64,000 bases of DNA from Vicugna vicugna (taxonomy: Eukaryota): assembly GCA_013265495.1 (NCBI GenBank), contig MU061579.1:4835146-4899145 (forward strand). Direction: 5' to 3'. Below the pieces are notes generated by a model. The model did not search any database and was not told where the DNA came from. It was given only the letters and a program-made list of their open reading frames with translations. Of this stretch, positions 34,912 to 48,855 are shown piece by piece. Both the position numbers and the translations under genes were made by a program. The first letter of the stretch is position 1; each line of letters begins with the position of its first letter.

Positions 34912-37900
34912 GTATATCTGTTTTTACAAGGTTGACTGACTATACAATCCAAATGCAGATAACTTAGTGTTCTTTAAATGCTATCTGACTAATACCCATA
35001 ATTATAAAAATCTTCTAACATTTTCTTTTAAATTCTTCTCTTCATGGCATTTCAACACAGTCTTTTTGATCACTAAGAATCCTATGGCACAGCTATAGAA
35101 AATGTTTCTCTCATTAAAATTTACCCTACTGCAAGTTCAGAGGATTTAAGTGTATGTATAATTTTATTTCCACTGGGTGATTTTTGTAATGTGTATGAGC
35201 CATTCTCTCTAATGGAAAGTGCAATAGTAAGGTACTTGAAATAGGCATTAATCCTCACAATACATTTGCAAGTTAGGTAAGCAACATGAAGCGTAGAGCC
35301 ATAATAAGCATTATCCGCATTCATCCACCTTCACAGGCTGCAATGCTAGAAATCACACTTCACAAACAAAGGACATTTGCAAAAGAAATAGCAGGGATAC
35401 TTGTAGTATATTTCCTTTCTGGTTGTCACAGACAGATGAAGCCAAAGGAGAGCACAAAAGAAACTATTTTTTAGAAAAAGAAACAATGAATTAAAATAAC
35501 ACAAAGCAATGCAAAATAATTGTCATGTAAGAGAGGAAATAATGTATTAAGCTGTCTTTATTTAGATAATGACACTTGAATACTGATTTTGTAAAAAACA
35601 TTTACTGCCTCCAATCCTATTGCTACAAAGCTTCTTTTCTTCTGTGCCTTAATTGACATGTTAACTTATTCTTGCCAAATGAATCATTTGAGATAGACCA
35701 TTAATTTATTTGAATGGAAGCTTATAAATTAACAACAAAACAAAACAAAACAAAAAAACCCAAAACAAACAACAAAAAACCTGACTTTTAGGTTGTCAAC
35801 ACATCCATGAAGAAAGATTTCCTGTGTATCTTACTCGCATATAATAAAACAGAAACTCTACTAAATTTTCTAAAAATGATGTTATCTTAGTGACAATTTA
35901 TTTTTCCATCTTGGACACAGGAAAAAATACTGTAAGCCTCATTGTAGCTATTTGGAATCAATCAGAATACAATCTGTTCAAAGCCTATATGGAATATAGA
36001 AAAGGACACATCCATACTTAAATAATGAAACTAGGAATACAGTAAATTAGGCTGCATTTACACTAGTCAATCACTAAGTTAAAAAATAATTTTGTATTTT
36101 TTAGCCATCTTCACTTCACAATTGGATTGAAGTTTTCACAGATGTGCTTGATGGGGCAAGAATGAGTCATTTAGCCTCTAAATTAACATTGACTCTAAAC
36201 TTCTTATTTATCTACCACATAATTTTAGTTTATAAATCTATGTAATGCTTGTGCTTAATCAGAGAACTTAGGCTCTTTGATAATATACTGTTATCAATAT
36301 TAAGTGATTTTAGTTAAAGTGAGTGTGACTTTACATCATTTTTAAGTAACCCAGATGTACAATTCTGGAGTCATTTCTCCACACTTCCTCATACTTCTCT
36401 ACATAAAAGAAGGAATAGGCTTCTTGAGTAGAATTTTCTGTATTTTTTCCATTATTAGAATGAAATGATAAATGCTTAGATAATATGGAAAAATGTGAGT
36501 CTGAGAAGAACTTGCCTATCTTTATCTTGCCGACATACTGCTCTTGCTGATTCAACAGAGCTTCAGTTTTCAAAGACAAAACTTAAATCTCTATCAAATA
36601 TTTCAAAGACAGAAAAATAAGAATTTTAAAATGTCATTCTCTTATAATAAGAATTTGAAACTTTATGCCAATAGCAGAATAGGAACTAAATATTATATAT
36701 AATATATAACTCAAACTCATTATTAGAAGAAAACAAATTCTAGAAACACTAACTGAATAATAAAGATAAAGAATCACAATATTCCTGAAAATTTATGTCT
36801 TTTGACATAATTGTGATAAATTGTTCACTTGATGATGTCAAATCCCCTCCTACAATTTTTATTTTTTAATACTGCAGAATTTTAAAACCTCATCAAATGA
36901 TGCCTAGAGTCATCAATTTCCTTAAAACAGGTCTAAAACATTCAAAATCAGCATAATAAAATATTACACAACTTTTAGCACCATCAGTACGAAACCGAGG
37001 GTTATGGATATAACCAGATGGTTTTGTATGGTCAATTTTTGCATTGTTTACATACAGATACTGTTGTTTTTGTTTATTCCTTGAAAATCTGATGGAAACA
37101 TTAATTTAATTGTCTATGTTTAGTTCAAATTCAGTTTTGAACAGTATGATATATTGTAACATGCAGAGACTATTTCCCTTAACCCCACGGATCTTAATTC
37201 TGTGCCTAACGGATGCAAAAGTACAGCGGTCATGTCATTCGTGGAATAACTGAGGATGAGCCATCAAGCTTCAAATGCACAGCTGAATTCAGCCCTGAAA
37301 TGCCAGAGAACCTAACTGAAGCTTGATTAATGGGATCATGTCAAGTGGTGAGACTGCTGAGTGTTTAGGTAGCCAGAGGCCCGACCTAGCTTCTCCAAGG
37401 AGACTACTCTCAGCAACAGAGCTACTTCGGTATTTGTCCTTTTCTCAAAAAGAAAAAGCTCAGTGCATTTAAAAACACGTCTAGGTTTGTCTAACCTATA
37501 CGTTGGCAGAACGCGTAGATGAGTAAAGCAGAGGTGGCTGATCATGGCCCTTTTCAACATGGATTACAAAGCTGCCAACCGGAGGCCCAAGGGGATGGAA
37601 AGTCAGGATGCAATCAGATTCAGTGCTAAAGAGCTTTGCAACGAGCCAGCCTTTTTGAACTTGAGGTTATTAAATGAACAAACAAAAAACTAAGTCAGGT
37701 GAAAATGGAGAGGTCTAAAATTAAAGTAAGTGAACATAAATTGGAAGAGGATAACATGTAACAAAATATTGTGAAAAAGAGAATGTGAGGCAAAATTTAC
37801 TGAGATTTGAGATCTGAGTAATCAAATAGAGTAAGGAAATAAACGGGACAGAATATGCCAAATATTTCTGCCAAGAGAACAAAGAATTACATGCAAAAGT

Positions 37901-39847
37901 ACGAAGAATTCTGAACACTAAGCTCATGTGGGGCTTTATTCCTGTTTAAATAAACCCTTGAAGAACTCATTTATTTTTCTATCCTAATTTGACTATTTAC
38001 TGTTCTCCCAACATCCCTTGAGTGCCCCTAACTCTGAATCCTAGCATCCACAACGCCTCTCCTGGTAAGGATCAAATATCTTCTGTCAGTTTACTCAAAG
38101 GCTATTCTTTGAGATTTCCTTCAAAATTGTCATTCACATCAAGCCAACTCTGACCGTTCCAGTCAGCAGAAATCCACCTCTTGAAAATTCTAGTTGTTAC
38201 TCTGTGCCCTCTGTCTGGAACTTTTTTTCTTATTCCCCTTTGAAATGTGAGTTATCTTTGTATGTGTGAGTTCCATTTTGGACATGTTTGCTTGAAGCGC
38301 GTACATGACATTCAGGTGAAGGTGTCAGCAGACAACCTCCAATGTGAGAATAAAGCTCTAAAGGATTTTAGAGTCAAAACACAGTCTGTAGTTATATTCA
38401 AGTCCTAATGGAAACTGTGTGGATGAATCAGACTGCAAGGAAATAAATTCAGAGAAAGGCAGCCAAAGACTCACACTTACTGTGGTTCAGAAGAAGTTCC
38501 TCTGGGATGGTAAGAATCACAAGAAGGCCAAGCCAGGAAGGATGCTGGAAATCTTGCCTCAAGGACCAGCGCTCATGGCCATTAGCCATGTGGAAGACTG
38601 CATTCCTACAGGGAAAATGAAAATGAACTTGATAAACTTCTCTTGGAAAGCAATGCACGGCACCTCTTTCATCGTCAAGAGCTAACTCAAGTTTCAAAAA
38701 GGGCATAAACTGATTTTTAATCTTATTAACCGAGAATTTTTGCATATTTGTTACTTTATAATATCTCCGTTAGAGCGTTGAAGAAGTCAGCCTCCCAGTT
38801 CCCAAAGGAAAAATAAAATGAGATTTTGCTCATGGAAACTGCTATGGGGCTTTCTTTTTTTTTTACTCCCCCAAAAAGCAAAACCAGGATGAAGTCAGGG
38901 ATGTAGTTTAAATTCTTCAGTTTGCCTTAGAATTTTGAAATGATTCAAGGGTAGGAAATTAAGCAGCAGAAGTTAACCAATCCAAGTCACATGTGTTTAT
39001 TTCTCAACATTATCTGAAGAAGAAAATAATAAGGAGATTATAAAAATGATCCTGACAGCTGTCTTTCTCATAAAGCTTGAACTTCTCATTTGTTCCTTAG
39101 AAAGAGGAGTAGATAGACAAGTGTTGATGAATTTAGAGTCTGGCCAGTAGTAAGACATGTACCCAGCCAAACATTTACCTAAAACACCCCCTCATCCAAA
39201 CAAAATGGACAGACATACTAGGCTCTGTGGTTTATCCGGAGTGAGGGCAGAACAAAGCCGGGCATACGCAGAGAATAAGAACAAATCTTTCTGTTTTCCA
39301 AGTTCTGTTTGCCTGGCATTTTACTTAGTAATCTATAATGCTCATAAATAACCAGTGAAGTTGATAGTGTCTTGGATTTATGAAGAAGAAAAAACACAAC
39401 TCTGGAGGTTAATTAAGTTGTGAGAGGTCACCTATTGAGTAATTAGCAGAACTGGAACTTAAACCCAGATGAAGAAACAGATTTCATCCAGGTCTAAACC
39501 TGCCTCGCTGGGGATCAGAAACATCAAGAATGCTGACTCCATAAAATCCTTTGATCCAGCCTTAGAGAAATCTTTGTAAAACCTGTGTCTGGATTTTCAT
39601 CATAACTTATAATGAGGGAGAAAGCAGGTGCTGGATCGGAAAACCTGGCGGCATCAGGAGGAAATAAAATCAGAGGCAGAGCAGCAAGGATGGCAGGTAG
39701 TGCACTGAGGACATGAAAGAAAGGCGAGGCTGCTCCTCCAGTGGGAAGGACACCTCAGAGTCTCTTACTGTCACCGCCATCCTCCTGCACATTGTCCTCG
39801 CTTCCTGTGGCTCCTGCTGGTCATGTGTTTCCTAAATTATTAGTGAT

Positions 39848-40280
39848 TGTATTCGTTTCCTACAGCTGCCATAACATTACCACAAAGTTGGTAGCTTGAA
39901 AAAAAAAAGAAATTTATTCTGTCACAGTTCTGGAGGCCAGAAGTCCAAATCAGTATGACCAGAATGGCCAAAATCAAAGTGCTGAGAGATTCCCTTTGGA
40001 AAATGTAGGGGAGAATCTGGTCCTTGCCTCTTCCAGCTTCTGGTGGCTGCCATCACCCTAATCTCTGCCTCTGTCTTCCCATCACCTTCTCTTCTGTGTA
40101 TTTCTTTTGAGTGTCTCTTTTCTAAGAATACATTTGATGGCATGCAAAACTTACTGGGATAATTTAGGATAAGCTCCTTTTTTCAAGATCCTGAACTTAA
40201 TTACATCTTTTGACATGTAAGTTAATAGTCATAGGTTCCAGGACATGAACACATCTTTTGAGAGGACATCATTCAGTTCA
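39848..40280 (-). mobile_element. MaLR (MLT1C/D-like) LTR
   Basis: tgtattcgtttcctacagctgccataacattaccacaaagttggtagcttga…aaatttattctgtcacagttctggaggccagaagtccaaatc. Confidence 0.75.
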
Positions 40281-41507
40281 TCGTGCTAACAAGCTGACAG
40301 ACACCTGGTTAGTATCATTTAAATAATATGTGTATGATTTATTGTGTATTTTTGCCATCTGCTGCATTTTTTTGATTGAATAATATGCTAGTGGCACAGG
40401 ACTGGGAGATAGATATTGGAAACACAGTATATAGTTTAGGTATAATTTTATCAGGAAATAGGAGTTGGAGGTACCAGGAACACAAAACTCCTTCAAATTA
40501 CAGTTGTTTTCCTCTGAGACCCAGCCCTTCTATGGGGCAGGGAACAAGGGCTTCGGGTGAATTTTCATATATGTACATTATCCAATAACGAGGAGGAAGA
40601 TACCTACACGTGATGTTTTGTTAAATGAGTCCCAAGTAAAATTAAACATTTCACACAGTTTGGCTGGAAAAAGCAAGCATTGAAAAAGAATAGGTTCAGG
40701 CAACTGAGTAAATGCAAAATTATTATATGCACCATGGAATGAAAGTATGCTTAGAAACCACTAAAACATCAAGTTTAAAAGGTTTTGCAATTGACTCTGT
40801 CCTCCCAGGTTTTCAATTTATAAACAGTTCATAATAATATTCTTTTCTATATCTGTTAAGAGTTCAAAAAAGCATTTCTCTAACACTTGTACTTTTATTA
40901 AATAGTTATTAACTTTTTAAGCAATTGCTACTCCTTTTGTTTTGGCCTGAATTTCAGCAGCCAATTTGGTACAGACATATCAACAATGAACAAAGATGGA
41001 GACGGGGGGAATACGTGCAATAGCACTGTGTAATCCCCAGAGCTCTGCGCTGGGAAAGCACAGCTTTGTTGGAGAGAGAAACACTAGAAGAAAGAGAAGT
41101 CTACAATTCCCCAGGTAGAGTAATGATTACAGCTACAGGAGTTTATAGAGGAAAATTATGTAAATAACATCAACAGTGCTAACCTGATAGAATATTTTAT
41201 AAACATTGATTCAGATCCAACTCAGAACCAAATTGGAAAGAACTGATTGGAAGCAAAGTAGCACAATTCTGATGTTTCCACCATAAACATAGACAAGGGG
41301 TTTACAAAAATTTAGCTGTTCTTGGCATTTTGATTAATATGACTTTCAGTCTTTTGAAGTGTTACAAAAGACACTTCAGAATGCAAATTGTTATTACTTT
41401 TTTAGACTCCCAGGAGGAATATTATAAAAACTTATGTCTTATTCAACCTTATGTAGTAAAAGGAATAAAAATGAGGTCTGTCTAAGCTTTAAAGAATTTA
41501 AACCATC

Positions 41508-41638
41508 AAATTTGGGATTTGCAGATACAAACTACTATGTATAAAATAGATAAACAAGGTCTTACTGTACAGTATAAGGAACCATATTCAATGGCTTGTA
41601 GCATGTATAATTTAAAAGAATATAAAAAAGAATATGTA

Positions 41639-41676
<38 letters not shown>

Positions 41677-41795
41677 CATACATATATGATTAACTGAGCA
41701 CTACGCCATATACCAGAAACTAATATGACATTGTAAATCACCTACACTTCAAAAAAAATGGGGAAATATAAAAATAAAAACAATACTAAAAAAGA
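41508..41795 (+). mobile_element. Short L1 3' UTR insertion with (TG)n(TA)n and A-rich tail
   Basis: gggatttgcagatacaaactactatgtataaaatagataaacaagg…ataccagaaactaatatgacattgtaaatcacctacacttcaaaaaaaa. Confidence 0.75.
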
Positions 41796-43834
41796 GAATT
41801 CAAATCACAAATACAAATTGGGACTCTCTTTATTTAACATGCTTTGGTTCTCTATAAAAATGCACATTTCTACACAGCCTTTTTGATGGATGTACATACC
41901 CTTAAGGTTGGATCTTGAATTTCATATATTTGGGAGCATAGGAGGTCAAATTTTTCAATCAAAATTTTTCTCTGGATGTCTGATAAGGTAGATGGTGTGT
42001 ACTATGTCCTTGCATTAAAATGATAGTCATAATAATAATAATAATAGCAATAATAAATCTAGCACACATCGTGCATACTATGTACTAATGTCTACTCTAA
42101 GCCCTTTACATCAATTAATTTATTTACTTTTCAAAGTAGCCCTATGAAGTATGACAATGCCACTTTATGGATGAGGAAACTGAGGTATGTATGTTTATGC
42201 AAAAAAAATCATTTATGAAAAATGGCCAGCAATGTTCACCATAAAACTGAATCAGTTTCTCTCAAGTTCCAAATTGTTCCAGATAATTTTACAACCAATT
42301 CCATAATAGCAGGATTGACTCATCTACAGTATATAATTTTGAATACATTATTGCTAGTGCCAGTTTGATTCTTGAATTTAATTCTGCATAACTAGAATCT
42401 TTCCAGTTTATACATTTATTATAATAAGAAACAAGAGTCACATGCAATTTTTCTCCTAAGCAAAATATTCAAATTCAGATAGCATAAAAGCTATGTATAT
42501 TTTCATATGTAATGGGCAGATTTATGTAGACACATATATCTCCATATACACATCTATATATCCAGACAGAGAGAAAGAAACAAAAAGATGGAAAGAAAGA
42601 AACAAAAATAGAGACAGAGGCACCAAAACAGCTATCAGTTCTTGAGCTTTTTTAGTAAAAATCATTTTTATCCAAAGTAAGCAATGAAATTATTTTGTTG
42701 ATTAAATAAAAAGTCAGGTAAGCATAAGACTCAAAAAATCTGATTCATATCTGCCTCATTTTCTTTTAATTAACACATAAATAAACATTCATTTGACAAT
42801 CTTTTCATATAGGTCCAAGTGTTTTCCTTTGATGTTGAGTCACAAATTAAAGTCCTAGGATATCCTTCACTTATAAACTATACCCATAAAACATAATATA
42901 AAATTTTGATTTGGATTCCCATGAAGTGGAATGAGAAGTTAAAAAAAATGAGAAAAATAATTTAATATTAAATATTTAATATCTTCATATTTTTCAAATA
43001 TTAATAGTATTTTATACTTTTCCAATATTGACATATTTTAATTTTTTATTTTAGTGACTGACTTTCATTATGTATTTCCAAAATATTCAGCCCAGGTTTA
43101 AATTAAAATCATAGTTGTTTTCGTTTACTTGTTCATGTTGTACTTATTTACATAAGATTTACCTAAATGATATATTTACAATGAAAATAAATCAACTGGA
43201 ATCATCATAAACAGGTACCAAAGATCCTCATCAGCATATTATTCCATGTTTAAGAGCTGAAATAATCAGGTATACTGAAGTATAACCTATGGCCATGAAA
43301 ATTTAGCTTCAAGGCAGTCCTTCTTCAAAGAAATGAAGAATCTGAGTTAATTTGGTAAATCCATTCTGTCTCATCCTATTTTAGCTGCATCTATCCTTTA
43401 TAACTGTGGTTCTTACAGTCTAAGTAGCTACAAAGAGAAAGAAAACCCAAGCCCCAACATATAAGCACATAAACTTATATTAAAAAAAGATAATTATTCC
43501 ATAAGTGAACATTCCTGGAAAGCATAGAAAATGGTACAGAAAAACTTCATTACACATCCTAGGTCCTTGTAACCTATAAGTAATCAGTTTTAAATTATTG
43601 GTATAACTATTAATTTATGTAATTAAAATAAAATGTTTGCATAATTAAAATATGATCATCAAACATTAAGATAGCCTAAAAATACAGGGTATAAAATCAG
43701 GAAGAATATGTGTTAAAATTTTCCAGTTAAGTAAATAATCAAGAAAAATAGAAAAAAATGAAATCACGCAAAGTACAATTTAGTGGTCAAAAATATGGGC
43801 TCTAGATTCAGGCTGTCTGAGTTCAATTCAGGGT

Positions 43835-45142
43835 TAGAAACAAATTAGCTGCAAGCATAAGAAAAAATGCTCGATTTCAGCAATCATAAAAGAAATGCAA
43901 GTCAAAACCACAATAACATATTCTCTCACACCCATTAGGATGGCTACTATCAAAACAAAGTTAGCAAACAAAAACCAAAAAATAACAAGTGTTGCTGAGA
44001 ATGTGAAGAAATTGGGATCCTTGTCCACTGTTTGCCAGATTGTAAAATGGTGCAATCACTATGGAAAAGAGAATACAGATTCCTAAAAAAATTTAAAAAT
44101 AGAACTGCCACATGATCCAGTAATCTTACTTCTGGGTATAGATGCAAATCAATTGAAAACCAAGTCTTGAAGAGATACTTGTACACTCATATTCATATCT
44201 CCACTATTCACAACAGCTAAGAAGTAAAACCAACCCAAGTGTCCAGAGACAGATAAATGGATAAACAACATTTGCTATATACATACTGTTGGAGGAGGAG
44301 GACTTTCCCTCTTCCCTTTTATGTTCTTTGCTTGGGGGGGGGTCCTGCAAATTAAACTAGCAAAAGACAGATTAGCAAGAGAAAATATAGGTACTTTTCA
44401 TGTATATACACAGGAGTTCACAGAAAAATGTGGTTCAAGAAGGTGGTTAGAATTTGGGACTTATATAGCTTCTTAATAGGGTAAAAGGAGGTGGAGAAAG
44501 GAACTTATGGGAAAACAAATGGCTTTTAGAAAAGATAAATGGGCTCTTAGGAAAACAGATGGCAGTAACAATAGTTTTGCTACCATGTCTGCTTAGATTT
44601 GATACTGACTTCTCTCTAGTGATGAGTCAATCTTTCCAGGTACAGAAACCCCCAAGAAGATTTGTAACAACTGACTTCTTTTGAGAGATTCTATTTTTAA
44701 GATAAGGTGGTTTTAAAAATCCCACTTAAAGTGCCTTCTGAGAAAAATAATTTTTATGCCACAGTGGTGTCTTTCAGGCCAGTCCAAACATTATTATTCA
44801 GCCTTAAAAAGGAAGGAAATCCTATTGCATGATACAACATGGGTGAATCTTGAGAACATGCTAAGTGAAATAAGCCAGTCACAAAAAATAAATAGGAGGC
44901 TACTTAAATGAGATCAAATTTATAGCAACAGAAAGTAGAACAGTGGTTACAAGGGTCTGAGGAGACAGGGGAAAAAAGGGGAGCTGTTATTTGATGGGTA
45001 TAGTCTTTCTATTCTGCACAATGAAAAAGTTCTAGAGGTTTGTTTCACAACAATGTGAATATACTTAACACTACTGTACACTTAACAATGGTTAAAGTAG
45101 TAAAAATTTTATGTGTTTTTGTTTACCACAATTGAAAAAATA
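43835..45142 (+). mobile_element. Old L1M 3' end, inserted in a MIR and interrupted by an LTR
   Basis: ORF2 C-terminal-like MQVKTTITYSLTPIRMATIK; 3' UTR atgctaagtgaaataagccagtcacaaaaa…caatgtgaatatacttaacactactg…; MIR halves flank it. Confidence 0.8.
44287..44790 (-). mobile_element. MER34-like ERV1 solo LTR
   Basis: TG…CA-bounded block that interrupts the L1; contains aattaaactagcaaaagacagattagcaagagaaaa and aaaataatttttatgccacagtgg (reverse of MER34-type motifs). Confidence 0.6.
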
Positions 45143-48100
45143 AACTTTGTCAACTAGATAACTTTGACTAAGACTCAACTTTTCTCAGCCTCGGTATTTA
45201 TCACCAGTAAAACGGTGATTATAGTAAGATTTATAACATGTTTGTTATGTACCAAAAATGAGATAATAAATGTAAAAGACTTAACACAATGTCTGTCACA
45301 CAAACATAATAGAGAACAAAAAGAATTATAGGCAAAAAAGCAAAATAATTAAGTGATATATTGGTTCAGAAAGGAATTCAAAAGAGTTTACTCAGAACAT
45401 TATGGGCAAAATGAATAACCTCTCTGCCTTCATATACCTGTTTACTTACAGGGTGACAAGAAAATGAATTTCAGGAAGTTTCTGAGTAATTTCTTTTAAT
45501 ATAGAATTCTATTAAGGAATTGAGGTCTTGATATCTGCTACGATTCATTCTAAGCTCTGAGCACTGTGACCAGCCGCCGATTTTTTTTTCTTTTATAGTA
45601 AAGCAATTTTGAACTGAAGGTGTCACCAGTATTTGGTGAAACAATCAGAAGCAAACAAACAATTCTGGAGTATCCAGGACTTAGTTAATCAATCTTGTCA
45701 ATGGTCCCCTTCAAAAGAATAAAATTTAAAGAAAAAAGTGTGTGTTGGGGTGGGGGAGTAAACCAGGGAAAAGGAAATAGAAGTTAAAAAGTAAAAAATT
45801 TTACTTGCATAGTCTGTCCATCTTTTCACCTGCTGTTTCTTTTTAATTTTTTATCTCCGTAATTATATCCTCATCAAGGAGCATTCCATGCTTCCTGGCT
45901 TGATGCTATTAAAACTTCAGTTTAAGAAATAATTTTAAATCTCTTCCTCCTGTATTCTTCTACTTTCCTATCCAGATCCTAACGTAGAGTGGTATTTGAA
46001 GACAGGAGTTTGTGTGTGTGCGTGTGCGTGTGTGTGTGTATGCGTGCACATGTGCATATGAGTTTTTAGAACTCAAATTTTTTGCTACATCTGGTCTCCT
46101 CTTCCGTAAATGACACCATTGATACCCTGGAGATAAGTTATGATTTCAATCTGTCTATTTAAATATTGGGGAATTGTTGGGAAAGGCAGTTCACTGGATG
46201 GGGAGAAAATCTCTTAGGAGTTGATCTTGATTATGTGGTGCCTTCATTTCTCAGACCATTTGAGATGCTAATTACAAATTGTTTTTGATTGTGCAGATGA
46301 CCCAGGTAGTGACACGGTGGAAAGAAATCACCATTTGAATATATCTCTGCTCTAATGAAGGTTACGCACTCAGGGGTCCAGAGTAAGGAATAAATAGAGC
46401 ACTACACAGACTGTTATTCTTTGTTTTCTTAGTATTTATACTGGTGAACTTAAAAAGCAAAAAAAAAAAAAAGAATATAAAGAAAACTTCACAATTATTT
46501 CACTTTTCTGACTCTTTAGGTAGATTTTTATAGGTTACAAATAACTTCCTGAGACAAAGACATTTGTAGATGTTACCTAGAATGACTTCTATTTTCAGAT
46601 TAAGAAGGTTAAAAAGTGTGGAAGGGGAGTTAGTGAGTCATACCATGCCTAGCCATGTTTTGAGGCTCTTACTGTTAATTTTATATTTTACTCTTTCAGC
46701 TTACTCGCTAAAACTTTAAAATTCCTAAAACAGACGTGAGTTTTCCACTCAAGTCCCGAAACATGACTGCCTGTTGTAGGCTGAATGGGTAACTTGAGTT
46801 CTGAGAAATCTTATTTATTAAACAAAAACCTCCTGCTGTGAAAGAAGTATTTGATGTGTGTTTCCTGATGTCTTATCCATTTCCAGTCATCTTTTACCCA
46901 CAGAAGCAACAGGCTGATCACCTAATCTTCTTGATACCTGATGCGATAGTCTAATGTGTTTCTGCTTTCCAACATGAGAAGAAACCTTTCAAAACCAACG
47001 ATGGCTAAGCAGATGTCCAATAAATCCTCTAGACCATTGGGCTTGGGAAAAAAAGAAGCTTCATCCTCAGTTCCCTTCTATCATTTTAATATGGCTGAAC
47101 AAAGGAATAAAAAGCTCAGTAGCTGACAGCACTGTCATCTCTCTCCAGCTCAGTGAAAGCATACATTTCCCCGATTTCCTGGCTGTGCATTAATGAGGAA
47201 ATTGTCAGAGGGAAAGGAGTGAGTTCATGGTTCTCTGCTCCATATGTCAGTTCTTCAGTTCCCAACCCACTGTATTACGGCTTCTAGGAAATATGCTCCA
47301 ATCATTTGTAAATGGTAATTGAGAGGACATTTATATTTTCACCATAGGATCTCTTTGACCCTCCTCAGTGATATTGATGCAGATTTTAGGCATGGAGCTA
47401 CTTTTCCTAATCTTGTCCAGCAGCTTCTCCTCCCCTCAAATGCGGATGTAGGTTGGCGATGGGCCACCTCTAATTACTTCTCATTACTTTCCTTCATCTT
47501 TTAGCGTGTTCTTACGGTATGGAGCTTTGCTAATTGCTGACAAAAGCCAAATGGGGAAAAAATAAAAAAAGAGGAAGAGACTTTGATAGGTAATCTGTCT
47601 CAGCAGCACAGTAGCACCACTCTCAACCCTACTGGAATCTGCTTATTGCCAAAGATCATAGCCGCCGCCTGCAATGTTAAACACTGGAAACCTGCTGCTG
47701 CTTCTGTTTTTGCTCCTGCTCACTCTGGAGGCCACAGATGCACCTCAAGAGGAGAAAGGCAAGGCAAGGAGATGCCTATTTATTTAAGCGCACATGTAAA
47801 GGGAAGATTTTTCCATCAGTTTCTGAGCGCTGCAAGTCCTAAACTCTTCTGAAAACGAAGAATCAATTGGTTTCCCCTCAAGCAACAAAAACATATGCAA
47901 AGCCCTAGTTGGGCACTTGGAAGTGAGCCACCTACTAAAAGGTGACTACATGTAGCCCCTGCTGAGAAAGCTTTTACAGTATCAGAGGGAAGATAGTGGG
48001 AACCTAATGATGATGCGGAAGATGAGGATGACAGTAATAATGGCTAAAAGAGGCGTTGCAATAATATACTTAGGAGTTCAAAGGAAAAAAGGAAATCAGT

Positions 48101-48524
48101 TCCTAGACAGCATTGAGGAGACTGCTTTGCAAAAGAAAAAGAAAAAGAAAAAAAAAAGTGGAATTTAATCTAGATCCTTGAAGGATAACATGAGTTCAAT
48201 AAAAGAGGAGAGAACACTTGGCTAATGAAAGAGAATGAAAGTGGCTTCAGAGAGGCTATATTAAACCTGGTCAGAATCTATACTGATAAAAAAAATATTG
48301 TTGGAAGAGAGGACTGGATGGGGACTAGATTATAAAGAATATCTCTTGTAATACCACGGTGCATGGGTTTTATTCAGAATGCATTAAAGTTTTTCTGTAG
48401 AGTAAGTACCATGTCTGATCAGCACTTCAGAAATATTAATAATGCAAAATTATGAGTATTACTGACAGTGATGGGGAGAGGCTCAGGTATGCATGACACA
48501 ATTAGCCTCAGGGATGAAAGGTTA

Positions 48525-48855
48525 AGGTCTTTTCGGGCTGCTACAGCAGAGTACCACAACCTGGGTGGCTTAGACAACATTTATTTCTCACAGTTCTGGA
48601 GGCTGGAAGTCCAAGATCAAGGCACTGGCATCTCAGTGTCTGGTGAGACCCTACTTCCAGATTCACAGATGTTGTATTTTCACATGGTACAAGGGGTGAG
48701 GGAACCTCTTGTATAAGGTTATCGATCCCATTTAGGAGGGGCCTGCCCTCAAAACCTAATCAACTCCAGAGACCCCCCCATGTCCTAATGCCATCCTATT
48801 GGGGGTCAGGACCTCAACATTTGAATTTTGGGAGACAGAAACATTCAGTTGATAG
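48525..48855 (-). mobile_element. MaLR (MLT1A/B-like) LTR
   Basis: gggctgctacagcagagtaccacaacctgggtggcttagacaacatttatttctcacagttctggaggctggaagtccaagatcaagg…tgaattttgggagacagaaacattcagt. Confidence 0.75.
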
